Part shown: piece by piece, positions 55,385 through 64,000 of the stretch | How positions within the stretch are numbered: the first letter of the stretch is position 1 | How the letters are laid out: the number at the start of each line of letters is the position of its first letter | Source of the DNA: Candidatus Ozemobacteraceae bacterium | GTDB taxonomy: Bacteria; Muiribacteriota; Ozemobacteria; Ozemobacterales; Ozemobacteraceae | Assembly: GCA_965140445.1 (NCBI GenBank) | Contig: OZ223236.1 | Coordinates: 2,656,001-2,720,000, forward strand | Direction: 5' to 3' | Length of the DNA stretch: 64,000 bases | Notes under the pieces: generated by a model | Database searches by the model: none | Seen by the model: the letters and a program-made list of their open reading frames with translations, nothing else | Told to the model about the DNA's origin: nothing | Position numbers and translations under genes: made by a program

Positions 55385-57061
55385 CTAATTAGCAAAAAGA
55401 AAACGAATTCCCATGATAAAAGCAACGTCAAGTCTTGATTCAATTACCAGTTGGTCATTTTCAGAGATTTTAATATCTCCGGAATCTGGTGAAATGACTA
55501 TAATCCCCTCAGGACCAACATTTGCTTTATTGGAAATCAACCGTAATTTTTGATCCTTGCCGCTTTTAAGATAACAATACAATTCCGACCATCCAAGCCT
55601 ACCAAAATGTCCGTCTTTGTTCTTGCTAAGAACTGTATTATCAACATCGCCTGCTGCAATTTCAATCTGGCGGAATTTTTTTCCAGCTGGAAGATTAAGA
55701 ATCAGTCTGCCTATTGAATCAATGTAACCCTGTTCTGGCTGTGGGATACTGGTGTGGAAATAGTGCTTAGAGGGAATCATATTCTGGTAAATTTTACGAA
55801 AATATCGGCGAACGCCTATCATCAATGCACCGGGATATTTCCCTCCAAATCGTGGTCCGCCTCCAAAATTAGGCAATAAAAGACCTTTTTGGGATTGAGC
55901 AAACGATGTATTCTTCACAAAGATTATTTCTTTTGAAAAAGTATCTTTTTCTTCTGCAAAAAATACCACTTCAGCGCTGTGCATTAAAGCTACAGAATGT
56001 TCAGGGTTGCCAAAACCAACATTTGTCAGGATGATACTGTCAGGCTGAACACCATTCATGCAGCTTAAACAATCGTGAAGGCTTTCGTTCTCCGGATCAT
56101 CAGCAGTTCGTGATTCTACAAATTTTTCGGTTCCGTAGCGGTCATACCAGGGCCATAAAAGCCTGGTATTTTTATCTTGAGCCTGCACTAGAATATATGC
56201 AGGATCTGGATCTATTTCTGTTTTTGCAGCAACATCTTCGGGGGGCTGTCTGAAGCGAAGCACAATATAGTTAATCTGTCTCCCAATAAAGCTTTTGGGT
56301 AATTGAAGTTTCCAACAATCTTTTTGTTGAATTGGCAGCCCTTTTAATTGATCAAATACAAAGCGAACTGTTGTTTGATTTTGCGAGGATGCGAAGAATT
56401 TACGTGTGTAATTTTTATTTTTTTGAACTTCAGGAAGAAAAAAACATTCCAGATAATGAATCTGGGCAACGGCAAGTTCCGTTTTCCCTCGACCAGTGTT
56501 AACTAACCTGATTTTATCAATTGGGAAATTTCCGACAAGATTTTGAATGCTATTAAATACATTTCTATTTAGATTTTGGGGAGTTCCGACCGTGGCGAAT
56601 TTTTCCGACCCAAATTGGTCAGCCCATTGAACCCATTTTGAGGAACCGGAATTATGGCAATAGAGTGAAAGATAAGCACCATTTTCGTCCAGCTTGCTTT
56701 TATTTAAGACCAGATATTTGGGGTCTTTGCGGAAATGGATTCTTACAAAATTGAGGGGCCTTTGCTTGAACCGGGCTGGAAAACAAATTTCCCATGCTTC
56801 TGAGTTGTGAATAGTCTTTCCACTTTCTTCTGGTATTGAAATGCTAAAAGAATTGGTTTTGATGATCAGCTGATTTGAGAAAAATTTAAAAGTTTTAATG
56901 GGTTTTGAATTGGAGCGGTTTTCAGAAATGTTAAAATAAGTAGGCTGCTTTGCTTTCAATCCATAGGTTTGAATAGCAAAAACAGAGCCAAAAAGGCTAA
57001 ATAATATTAAGGTAAAGGTTTTGAGTATAAATTTGTTTCTCAAGAATTTCTCCAAAGCCAT
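55385..57061 (-). CDS. Exported hypothetical protein with an internally duplicated domain
   Basis: Signal/TM N-terminus; two homologous ~120-aa units (WADQFGSEKF / WYDRYGTEKF). Confidence 0.75.
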   Translation of the reverse strand: MALEKFLRNKFILKTFTLILFSLFGSVFAIQTYGLKAKQPTYFNISENRSNSKPIKTFKFFSNQLIIKTNSFSISIPEESGKTIHNSEAWEICFPARFKQRPLNFVRIHFRKDPKYLVLNKSKLDENGAYLSLYCHNSGSSKWVQWADQFGSEKFATVGTPQNLNRNVFNSIQNLVGNFPIDKIRLVNTGRGKTELAVAQIHYLECFFLPEVQKNKNYTRKFFASSQNQTTVRFVFDQLKGLPIQQKDCWKLQLPKSFIGRQINYIVLRFRQPPEDVAAKTEIDPDPAYILVQAQDKNTRLLWPWYDRYGTEKFVESRTADDPENESLHDCLSCMNGVQPDSIILTNVGFGNPEHSVALMHSAEVVFFAEEKDTFSKEIIFVKNTSFAQSQKGLLLPNFGGGPRFGGKYPGALMIGVRRYFRKIYQNMIPSKHYFHTSIPQPEQGYIDSIGRLILNLPAGKKFRQIEIAAGDVDNTVLSKNKDGHFGRLGWSELYCYLKSGKDQKLRLISNKANVGPEGIIVISPDSGDIKISENDQLVIESRLDVAFIMGIRFLFAN

Positions 57062-57148
57062 TTGAATTACAATTCATTAGAAATATTTGCATTACTAATA
57101 ATTGGGAAGCGGCTCTTCTTTTGCATTTTCCAAGAGCAATTTGGGAGC

Positions 57149-57502
57149 CTACTCAAGTTCGATAGCTTGTTTTTGTAACGCTTTAATATCTTTCCAGAGC
57201 TTACCTTGTTCAATTCCAGAGATTCTTTCTTCGTATTTTTTACAGGCTCTGTTTAAAACTGATTCGACTTTAATACCCGATTCTTTTTCTAACGATAAAA
57301 CTATATTTAGGTAATCCCAAAGCACATCGCCAAGTTCATCTTCAAGAAAATTGTTTCGTTTTTTGGGGATTTCATCGCTAACCTCGTCAATTTCTTTCCT
57401 GATCTCATCTAGATAGGTTTTTGAGCCACTTGCCCAGCTATTTGTTTCATCGAATTTGTTTTTTCTTCTTGCGATGTTAAGTAGATTCTCAAATTGTTTC
57501 AT
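57149..57502 (-). CDS. MazG-like nucleotide pyrophosphohydrolase
   Basis: EIDEV...EDELGDVLW. Confidence 0.85.
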   Translation of the reverse strand: MKQFENLLNIARRKNKFDETNSWASGSKTYLDEIRKEIDEVSDEIPKKRNNFLEDELGDVLWDYLNIVLSLEKESGIKVESVLNRACKKYEERISGIEQGKLWKDIKALQKQAIELE

Positions 57503-57551
57503 CCTGGTATTTCTCCAATAAAATTGTCATAGCTATTGCAATGATTACCAT

Positions 57552-58187
57552 TTAGCTCCATATCTCAAGAGGCCCAAGGTGAACCAATGCTCTGAGAATA
57601 TCACTTCTGGTAATTATTCCAATCACCGCATCCTGATCATTAATTATGGGCATCGCTCCAATATGGTTTTCAAACATAGCCTTAGAAATGCTGTGAATTT
57701 CTGTCTGTGGCAAAGCCGTTAAAACTGGTGAAATAAAGTGCATGCCAACAGTTTGATTAAAAGATTCTTCATCATCTTTTTTAAAGACATTCCATCCCAG
57801 GGTCATTGCAGCTCTAAGAAGATTACGATCAGATACAATTCCAATTGGAGACTCTTTCTCATTTACCATTGGAATATATCTAAATCGGTGTTCCTGGATC
57901 AAAAACCATGCGTCAGCTAAAGTTGTTGAAGGTTTCAAAGTGGTAACCGGGGTACTCATTATTTCGTTGGCGTAGATGATTTTTTGCCGACCAGAAAGTT
58001 GATTTTGATTCCTGTTATAGGTTTTCTGAGCTAAGCGAGTAGCAAAAGATTGATTTGTTGGCAATTCTTTTGGCCCCTTACTTTCAACCTTTTCATTTTT
58101 TACGCCTAAAACGCCTGGTGCCTTAAAAAGTGGCTTATCATGGGGAATGAACCGTCTTACGCCGTCATCAATCAAAATTAGAGGCAT
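57552..58187 (-). CDS. CBS domain pair protein
   Basis: IMSTPV, GIVSDRNLL, IGAMPII, GIITRSDIL. Confidence 0.88.
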   Translation of the reverse strand: MPLILIDDGVRRFIPHDKPLFKAPGVLGVKNEKVESKGPKELPTNQSFATRLAQKTYNRNQNQLSGRQKIIYANEIMSTPVTTLKPSTTLADAWFLIQEHRFRYIPMVNEKESPIGIVSDRNLLRAAMTLGWNVFKKDDEESFNQTVGMHFISPVLTALPQTEIHSISKAMFENHIGAMPIINDQDAVIGIITRSDILRALVHLGPLEIWS

Positions 58188-58451
58188 TTTATCTCCAGAG
58201 TTTAAAAAAAAATAAAAGAAATTTTAATAATTATATCACGACTATCTTAAATTGAAGTTTTGAGGTCTAATCTCTGAGACTTGAAGATACGTATCTATTT
58301 TAGACTAACAATTTAGGCATAAATCTATTCTTCATGAATAATTTTCCAGTCCTGTTGAATAAACTTTTTTTAGGAGCAAGCGCGAACAGAAACTAATGGC
58401 TTAAGATGTTTTCAAAATTTTCATGTAAAACAACAATATTGGTGAAAAGAC

Positions 58452-59201
58452 TTATGGCTTAGTTCCAATGATTACTGGCTGATAGTAATCACTTACAATG
58501 TGATTCACTTTGATAAATCCGGCTTCTTTCATTAATCCAATCAACTTTGGAACCCCTATAGCATAATATCTGGTCCTAAAAACTTTTGTTTCAGGCTCTG
58601 AAAGCCCATCGTCTGAAACAAAATACATAGACAAATTATAAAGTTCACCATGAAATTCCCAGGTTTGAAAAACAATAAACTTCTTTCCATCTATGAGACG
58701 AACACCATAGGGTTTTAGCTTTACATCTTTACGTTCTTCTTTTTCATAATCCCTGATCGTAATGATGCATCCACCGCCATTTTTTAAGCATTTATGAAAT
58801 TCTTTTAAAGCGGTTAAAATCTCTCCATCTGACAATAAATGGGGGATAGAGTTATCGCATGAAATCAATACATCAAATTGTTTTTGGTGTTTAACAAAGG
58901 ATTTCTTCATATCGCAGACTGAAAAATCTATTTCAAGATTTCGCATTTTGGCTTCCCGTTTTGCTCTTTCAATCTCTTTGCTTGATAAATCTGATGCAGT
59001 AACTGTATATCCTATTTGAGCCAGGCCAATTGCCTGGGTTCCTATGCCGCAAGAAACATCTAAAACTGAGTTGCTTTCGTTTCCCCATTCCTCAATGATT
59101 ATTCTATCAAGTATTTTTGCTTGTTTTTGTATGCTGTGGTCCCAATCTTCAAAAATAATATGATAGAAGGGAGAAAGATCATCATAGAAACTATCCAACA
59201 T
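58452..59201 (-). CDS. Class I SAM-dependent methyltransferase
   Basis: VLDVSCGIGTQ, ASDLS, FDVLISCDNSIPHL. Confidence 0.9.
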   Translation of the reverse strand: MLDSFYDDLSPFYHIIFEDWDHSIQKQAKILDRIIIEEWGNESNSVLDVSCGIGTQAIGLAQIGYTVTASDLSSKEIERAKREAKMRNLEIDFSVCDMKKSFVKHQKQFDVLISCDNSIPHLLSDGEILTALKEFHKCLKNGGGCIITIRDYEKEERKDVKLKPYGVRLIDGKKFIVFQTWEFHGELYNLSMYFVSDDGLSEPETKVFRTRYYAIGVPKLIGLMKEAGFIKVNHIVSDYYQPVIIGTKP

Positions 59202-59257
59202 TTAGTTCTCTCCTTTTTGAGAGCCATGAAAATCAATTAAATCTGGAAATGAAAAAA

Positions 59258-59797
59258 TCACTTCGATTTTAAAAAAAATATTGAGAGACACACTTGAGCT
59301 ATTAATCCCAGAAGTGGAGAGGCATACAACGCCATAGGATTTTTGGGTTTGGAAAAGCCCTTTTTTTGTAATTTAGTATAAAGCCAAACGCTGTGAGAAT
59401 AATCTAAGAAATCCAAACTTAAAAAGAAAACCACCCATGGAACAAACCCAAGCCCAGTTTCTTTAAGCGCATTGGTAAATAGGCTTATTAGCATTACTCC
59501 ACCTATCATCAAAATTCCGCTGATTAAAATCCAGAGAATTTGAAGAATCAAAGAAAATAATATTGTTTTCATTGTTGAAAAAAATACGGATTTAGATTCG
59601 GCAAGATATTCCCAAACAAAGGTTTTTGCCAGTGTCACAACCAAAATGTGAACAGGTAGAAAATAGAAAACAGCAAACAAACCGAATAAGCCAAAAACAT
59701 CTCTGGGATACGGGCCAGCAAGCGCGGCACTTGGGGTAAATAAAATCATTCCAAAAGCCGCTATCGCAAAAAGAACTCTATTAGTAAATGGTTTCAC
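59258..59797 (-). CDS. Multi-pass membrane hypothetical protein
   Basis: Several hydrophobic segments; AAGGA SD before GTG. Confidence 0.65.
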   Translation of the reverse strand: MKPFTNRVLFAIAAFGMILFTPSAALAGPYPRDVFGLFGLFAVFYFLPVHILVVTLAKTFVWEYLAESKSVFFSTMKTILFSLILQILWILISGILMIGGVMLISLFTNALKETGLGFVPWVVFFLSLDFLDYSHSVWLYTKLQKKGFSKPKNPMALYASPLLGLIAQVCLSIFFLKSK

Positions 59798-60078
59798 TTT
59801 GATCCTTAAATAATGGTTAAACGTTAGTTTTATCAGATTAATAATATCAATGAGAGTTTAGAAATGCCATCATAAATAAGTTTGAAATGCTATATTTAAT
59901 TTAACTCGGTGGTGCACATAAATTGAGGATATTAAAATTAGTTCTCCAAAATAAAATTTTATGCTGAGGCGATTTCAAAACAAAAAAAAATGTTGGTAAT
60001 ACATGATCATACTGTATAATCTGCTTAGAAATTATTTCGATTAAAAAAATTAAACATTAAAAACAGGAAGGTAGTTTT

Positions 60079-61776
60079 ATGGAAAGAAAAAGGATTTTGA
60101 TTATTGGAGGCTCTGCTGCGGGGCCAAAAGCGGCGGCAAGGGCCAGACGCATGGATGAAAATGCGGAAATAACAATCATTCAAAAGTCTCCAGACCTTTC
60201 TATGGCTTCTTGCGGTTATCCTTATTTCGTGGGCGGCTTTTTTGACGATCGTAATCAGCTTCTTTGTACCCCTACAGGTGTAGTGAGAAATCCAGACTTT
60301 TTTCTGAATGCGAAGGGAATTGTTGCAAAAAAGCTTACTGAAGCCATTGCCATTGATCGTGAAAAAAAGCTGGTAACAGTAAAAAACCTCAAAACTCAGG
60401 AAAAAGAAAACCTGTCATATGACAAGCTAATTTTAGCTACTGGTGCTAAACCCAGGATGCCAAATGTTCCGGGGATTGAGTTAGAAGGAATAACTACTCT
60501 GCAGTGTATGCAGGATGCAGACTATTTAAGAAAGATTGCTGATGATAAGAAAATAAAGAAAGCGGTTGTTATAGGCGGAGGATTGATTGGTATCGAAACC
60601 TGTGAAGCATTGCATCTTGCAGGCATAGAAATAACCGTTGTCGAAATGCTTCCTCAGTTGCTTTCATTCCTTGACCCTGAGATGGCAAAGTTGGTAGAAA
60701 ACCATGTTCGCAGTAAGGGGGCAAATGTTATATGTAATAATGGCCTTGCCAAATTCCTTGGGCAGGATGGAAAACTTACTGGAATCAAACTCCAGAATGG
60801 CACTGAGCTTTCCTGCGATCTCGCCATTGTAGCGATAGGAGTAATTCCAAATACTGATCTTGCGGTTCAGGCAAATCTCTCGATTGGAAAAACCGGTGGA
60901 ATATCGGTCAACAAATACATGCAAACTTCTGATCCAGACATTTATGCCATAGGAGATTGCATAGAAGTTACTCAAAGAATAACAGGTAAAAAAGTTCTTG
61001 CTCCATATGGTGATCTTGCCAACCTTGAAGGTCGCGTTGCTGGTGAAAACTCTATTTCAGGAAATGTAAAAGAATTTCCTGGAACAATTCAAACTGGTAT
61101 TTGCAAAGTTTTCGATTTTTCTGCCGGGGCAACTGGACTATCAGAGAGAGTTGCAGCTAGAGAAGGAATTGCAGACTTTGAGACAGTTATAAATGCAAGC
61201 CCTGATAAACCTGGATTTATGAAAGGTCTACTGCTGGTTTCCAAGCTTTTGGTAGAAAGGAAATCACGAAAAATTCTGGGTGCACAATGTGTTGGACCTG
61301 GAGATGTTTCTAAGCAGATTGCTCAATGGGCAATGGCAATATTAGGGGGCTTAACAGTTGATGATGTTGTAAATGCTGACCTTCCGTATGCTCCACCTTT
61401 TTCTCTTGCTATTGATCATGCAATTGCAACAGCGCATTTATTGCAGAATAAACTTGATGGTTTGATGAATGGAATCTCTGCAACCAAGCTTAGAGAGATG
61501 ATAGACGCGGGAGATGAACTTACAATAATTGATGCTCGTAGTTCAGAAGAATTTGAAGCTATGCGTTTAGGAATTGGGGAAAAGCTTATTCCTCTTGGTG
61601 CTTTAAGAAAGCGCCTTGGCGAACTTCCAGAGGATAAAAACGCTCCTATCGTTTGTTTCTGCAAAATTTCTCTAAGAGGCTATGAAGCTGCAAGGGTGTT
61701 AGTTGGCAATGGCTACACTAATGTAAAAGTAATGGAAGGTGGAATCATGGCTTGGCCATTCCCTAGAGAAAAGTAA
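60079..61776 (+). CDS. CoA-disulfide/persulfide reductase-rhodanese fusion (CoADR-RHD/Npsr-like)
   Basis: GGSAAG, SMASCGYPY redox Cys, GGGLIG, TSDPDIYAIGD, YAPPFS, C-terminal rhodanese CKISLRG/GGIMAW. Confidence 0.9.
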   Translation: MERKRILIIGGSAAGPKAAARARRMDENAEITIIQKSPDLSMASCGYPYFVGGFFDDRNQLLCTPTGVVRNPDFFLNAKGIVAKKLTEAIAIDREKKLVTVKNLKTQEKENLSYDKLILATGAKPRMPNVPGIELEGITTLQCMQDADYLRKIADDKKIKKAVVIGGGLIGIETCEALHLAGIEITVVEMLPQLLSFLDPEMAKLVENHVRSKGANVICNNGLAKFLGQDGKLTGIKLQNGTELSCDLAIVAIGVIPNTDLAVQANLSIGKTGGISVNKYMQTSDPDIYAIGDCIEVTQRITGKKVLAPYGDLANLEGRVAGENSISGNVKEFPGTIQTGICKVFDFSAGATGLSERVAAREGIADFETVINASPDKPGFMKGLLLVSKLLVERKSRKILGAQCVGPGDVSKQIAQWAMAILGGLTVDDVVNADLPYAPPFSLAIDHAIATAHLLQNKLDGLMNGISATKLREMIDAGDELTIIDARSSEEFEAMRLGIGEKLIPLGALRKRLGELPEDKNAPIVCFCKISLRGYEAARVLVGNGYTNVKVMEGGIMAWPFPREK

Positions 61777-61786
61777 TAAAAATTGT

Positions 61787-61825
61787 AAAAGGCGGGAGCA
61801 GTAATGTTCCCGTCTTTTTTATTTT
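61787..61825 (+). terminator. Intrinsic terminator
   Basis: AAAAGGCGGGAGCA-gtaa-TGTTCCCGTCTTTTTT. Confidence 0.8.
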
Positions 61826-61957
61826 AGAAAAGAAAGAGTTTTCCATGAAGGACCATAATTGTGATGAATACTTTATCAAAGTTATTAAACCAAATTATGA
61901 TCCGCTAATTTTAGAGCTTTTAAGGCAATAATTATTGGCATAAGCCAAAAAAAAAGA

Positions 61958-61986
61958 TTGATTTTTACAAAGTAATATTTTATAAT
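61958..61986 (+). promoter_or_regulatory. Putative sigma70 promoter of the MBL gene
   Basis: TTGATT-17 bp-TATAAT. Confidence 0.6.
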
Positions 61987-62088
61987 ACTTTTAACTTAAT
62001 CTAAATGCATTCTGAAATAATATTTCAGCCGATTCTCTTAATTAGATAGTTGCAACTTTGAAATAGAATTACTTAGAAGGCAAAAAAA

Positions 62089-62892
62089 ATGGTAAATCAA
62101 AATAATACAGTGAAAATTACTTTTCTGATGGATAACAAAGCCGGGCCAGAATGCGTAAGTGAACATGGCCTTTCTATTCTTATAGAAGCGGAAAAGTTCA
62201 TTCTTTTTGATGCAGGCCAGAGTAATAATTTTAAGGTCAACTCCAAAGCAATTGGACTAGACCTAAATGGACTGGATACGGCTGTCTTAAGTCATGGTCA
62301 CTATGACCATGGAAATGGCTTCGTGCATATACCTGGGTTAAAGTTGATTTGTCATCCTGAATGTTTTACCAGACGTTACCGAGAAAAAAAATCAAGTTAC
62401 ATAGGTTTGCAATTCGATCAAGATTTTGCAAAAGAAAAATTTGATTTGGTTTTAAGCTCTGCCCCATACAAGGTTTCAGACAAGGTGACTTTTTTGGGTG
62501 AAATTCCTCGTCTAAACTCTTTTGAAGCAAAAGACACTAGTTTTTTTAAAGAAAACGGAGATCCTGACTTTGTAATTGATGATTCCGGGTTAGTTGTTGA
62601 TACTTCAAAAGGCCTTATAATTATTGTTGGATGTGGTCATGCTGGGATTTGTAACATTATTGAGTATGCAAAAAAGCTTTCGGGAAAAGATAAAATTGTT
62701 GCTGTAATTGGTGGTTTCCATTTAAAGACTGAAAGTAGTTTGATAGAGCCGACAATAGACTATCTAAAAAGGCAAAACATTGGAGTATTGATCCCGTGTC
62801 ATTGTGTGGATGAGCCTGTTATAGCCCAAATGAAAAAATGTCTTAATGTAGAAACCATTTTTTCTGGCAAAAAATTAGAATTTCTTGATTAA
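62089..62892 (+). CDS. MBL-fold metallo-hydrolase
   Basis: EHGLS, LFDAG, SHGHYDH, GCGHAG, GGFH, PCHC. Confidence 0.9.
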   Translation: MVNQNNTVKITFLMDNKAGPECVSEHGLSILIEAEKFILFDAGQSNNFKVNSKAIGLDLNGLDTAVLSHGHYDHGNGFVHIPGLKLICHPECFTRRYREKKSSYIGLQFDQDFAKEKFDLVLSSAPYKVSDKVTFLGEIPRLNSFEAKDTSFFKENGDPDFVIDDSGLVVDTSKGLIIIVGCGHAGICNIIEYAKKLSGKDKIVAVIGGFHLKTESSLIEPTIDYLKRQNIGVLIPCHCVDEPVIAQMKKCLNVETIFSGKKLEFLD

Positions 62893-63055
62893 AAAAATTG
62901 TAATAATTCTGAATTAAAAGTTCAGCGATAAAATAATTCCAACCCCCTTTTAAGTGGAAAGAAGAGATTATTTGTAATTTTCAATAATCTCTGCCTTTTT
63001 GCGCGGGTTTGGATATGAGTCTATTTCAAAAAAATCCTGTGTTAAGGAGAAAAAA

Positions 63056-64000
63056 ATGAACTGGCTTCAATCTAAGTTGCCACATTTTCCTGTGTCGGTT
63101 TTTTCAATTGTAATGGGGCTTTCTGGACTAACAATTGCCCTAAGCAAATTTTACCACCTTCAATGGTTGCCAAAGCTACTGTTTGATATGCTTCTGGGCA
63201 TAGATTTTCTTGTGTTTCTATTACTTTTTACTCTATATGCTTTAAAAATTAACTATTTTCCAGAAGAAGTCGCATTAGAGTTTAAACACCCTGTAAGAAT
63301 AAGCTTCTTTGCAACAATTTCCATTTCATTTTTGTTACTTTCGATTGCATTCTACTCCTATTGGCCAATCTTAGCTGTAGTGCTCTGGTGGATTGGTATG
63401 CTTGCCCAGACAACATTGACTTTTTTAACAATTAGATTTTGGATTCAAAATGACTATGAAATTAAAAATTGTAACCCAGCCTGGTTTATTCCTGTTGTGG
63501 GAAATATCTTGATTCCTATTTTAGGAGTTGATCTACTTCCAAAGGAGATTTCACTGTTCTTTTATGCTATAGGCATGTTCTTCTGGGTAATATTGTTTAC
63601 CGTTATTTTTTATCGCCTTATTTTTCATTCAGCTTTGCCCGAAAAGTTAGTTCCAACTTTAGTCATTTTTATCGCTCCAGCAGCGGTTGGATTCATCTCA
63701 TATATGAGAATTGCACAGTCCTGGGACATAATTTCCATGGGACTATTAGCTTTAACCTATTTCTTCATTATTCTTCTGGGAACAATGGTTAAAGATTTTT
63801 TAAAACTACCTTTCACTCTTTCTTGGTGGGCATTCACTTTTCCAATGGCTGCCGCAACTATTGCCTCAACGGTGGCTTTCCAGGTTACTCACAATCAAAT
63901 TTTTCAATATGTTTCATGGGCTTTGCTTACCATTACAGCGTTAATTATTTCAGTTGTTTTGGTTACGACAATCAAACATGTGAAAAGTGGAACCGTATGC
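63056..64000 (+). CDS. SLAC1/TehA (TDT family) anion channel, truncated by window edge
   Basis: Not in ORF track. AAGGAG SD, then MNWLQSKLPHFPVSVFSIVMGLSGL; downstream HPVRISFF, NPAWFIPVVGN, PTLVIFIAPAA, SWWAFTFP. Confidence 0.9.
   Translation, partial: MNWLQSKLPHFPVSVFSIVMGLSGLTIALSKFYHLQWLPKLLFDMLLGIDFLVFLLLFTLYALKINYFPEEVALEFKHPVRISFFATISISFLLLSIAFYSYWPILAVVLWWIGMLAQTTLTFLTIRFWIQNDYEIKNCNPAWFIPVVGNILIPILGVDLLPKEISLFFYAIGMFFWVILFTVIFYRLIFHSALPEKLVPTLVIFIAPAAVGFISYMRIAQSWDIISMGLLALTYFFIILLGTMVKDFLKLPFTLSWWAFTFPMAAATIASTVAFQVTHNQIFQYVSWALLTITALIISVVLVTTIKHVKSGTVC

Noticed and set aside
58285..58296. AGATACGTATCT palindrome in the CBS/methyltransferase spacer
   Set aside because: Short, single and without supporting context
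53587..59797. Integron cassette array (co-oriented GNAT, APH, MazG, methyltransferase)
   Set aside because: Only one partial GTTRRRY-ended inverted repeat, no recurring attC between genes, and no integrase in the window
61845..61931. 28-codon ORF MKDHNCDEYFIKVIKPNYDPLILELLRQ
   Set aside because: Weak SD, directly after a terminator, no recognisable feature
62999..63010. 12-mer TTGCGCGGGTTT also present at 16941-16952
   Set aside because: Only two copies, in opposite orientation relative to their downstream genes; plausibly chance

Overview
AT-rich bacterial chromosomal window. I found no rRNA, tRNA, CRISPR array or transposase/integrase. The first ~19.5 kb is one minus-strand lipid cluster: pfaD, an Sfp-type PPTase, pfaA (KS-MAT-6xACP-KR-DH) and a fused pfaBC (KS-CLF-AT-FabA-type DHs). 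These run straight into oleA-oleB-oleC, which is cut by the left edge. This couples a PUFA synthase to head-to-head long-chain olefin synthesis. The rest is a mix of accessory and housekeeping genes: peptidases, a Yej/Opp-like peptide ABC transporter, GH31, a catalytically degenerate GH13, a hybrid sensor kinase, a prokaryotic pentameric ligand-gated ion channel next to btpA/sgcQ, a large MscS, a protein with two embedded pilin-like domains, GNAT/APH/MazG/CBS/methyltransferase genes, and a CoA-disulfide reductase-rhodanese / MBL / SLAC1-TDT group at the right edge. The 'ACxANxRVxLGAIEMYNMD' pilin-like motif suggests to me a Candidatus Riflebacteria-like organism; this is recall and is unverified. 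All calls come from reading motifs, not from database searches.
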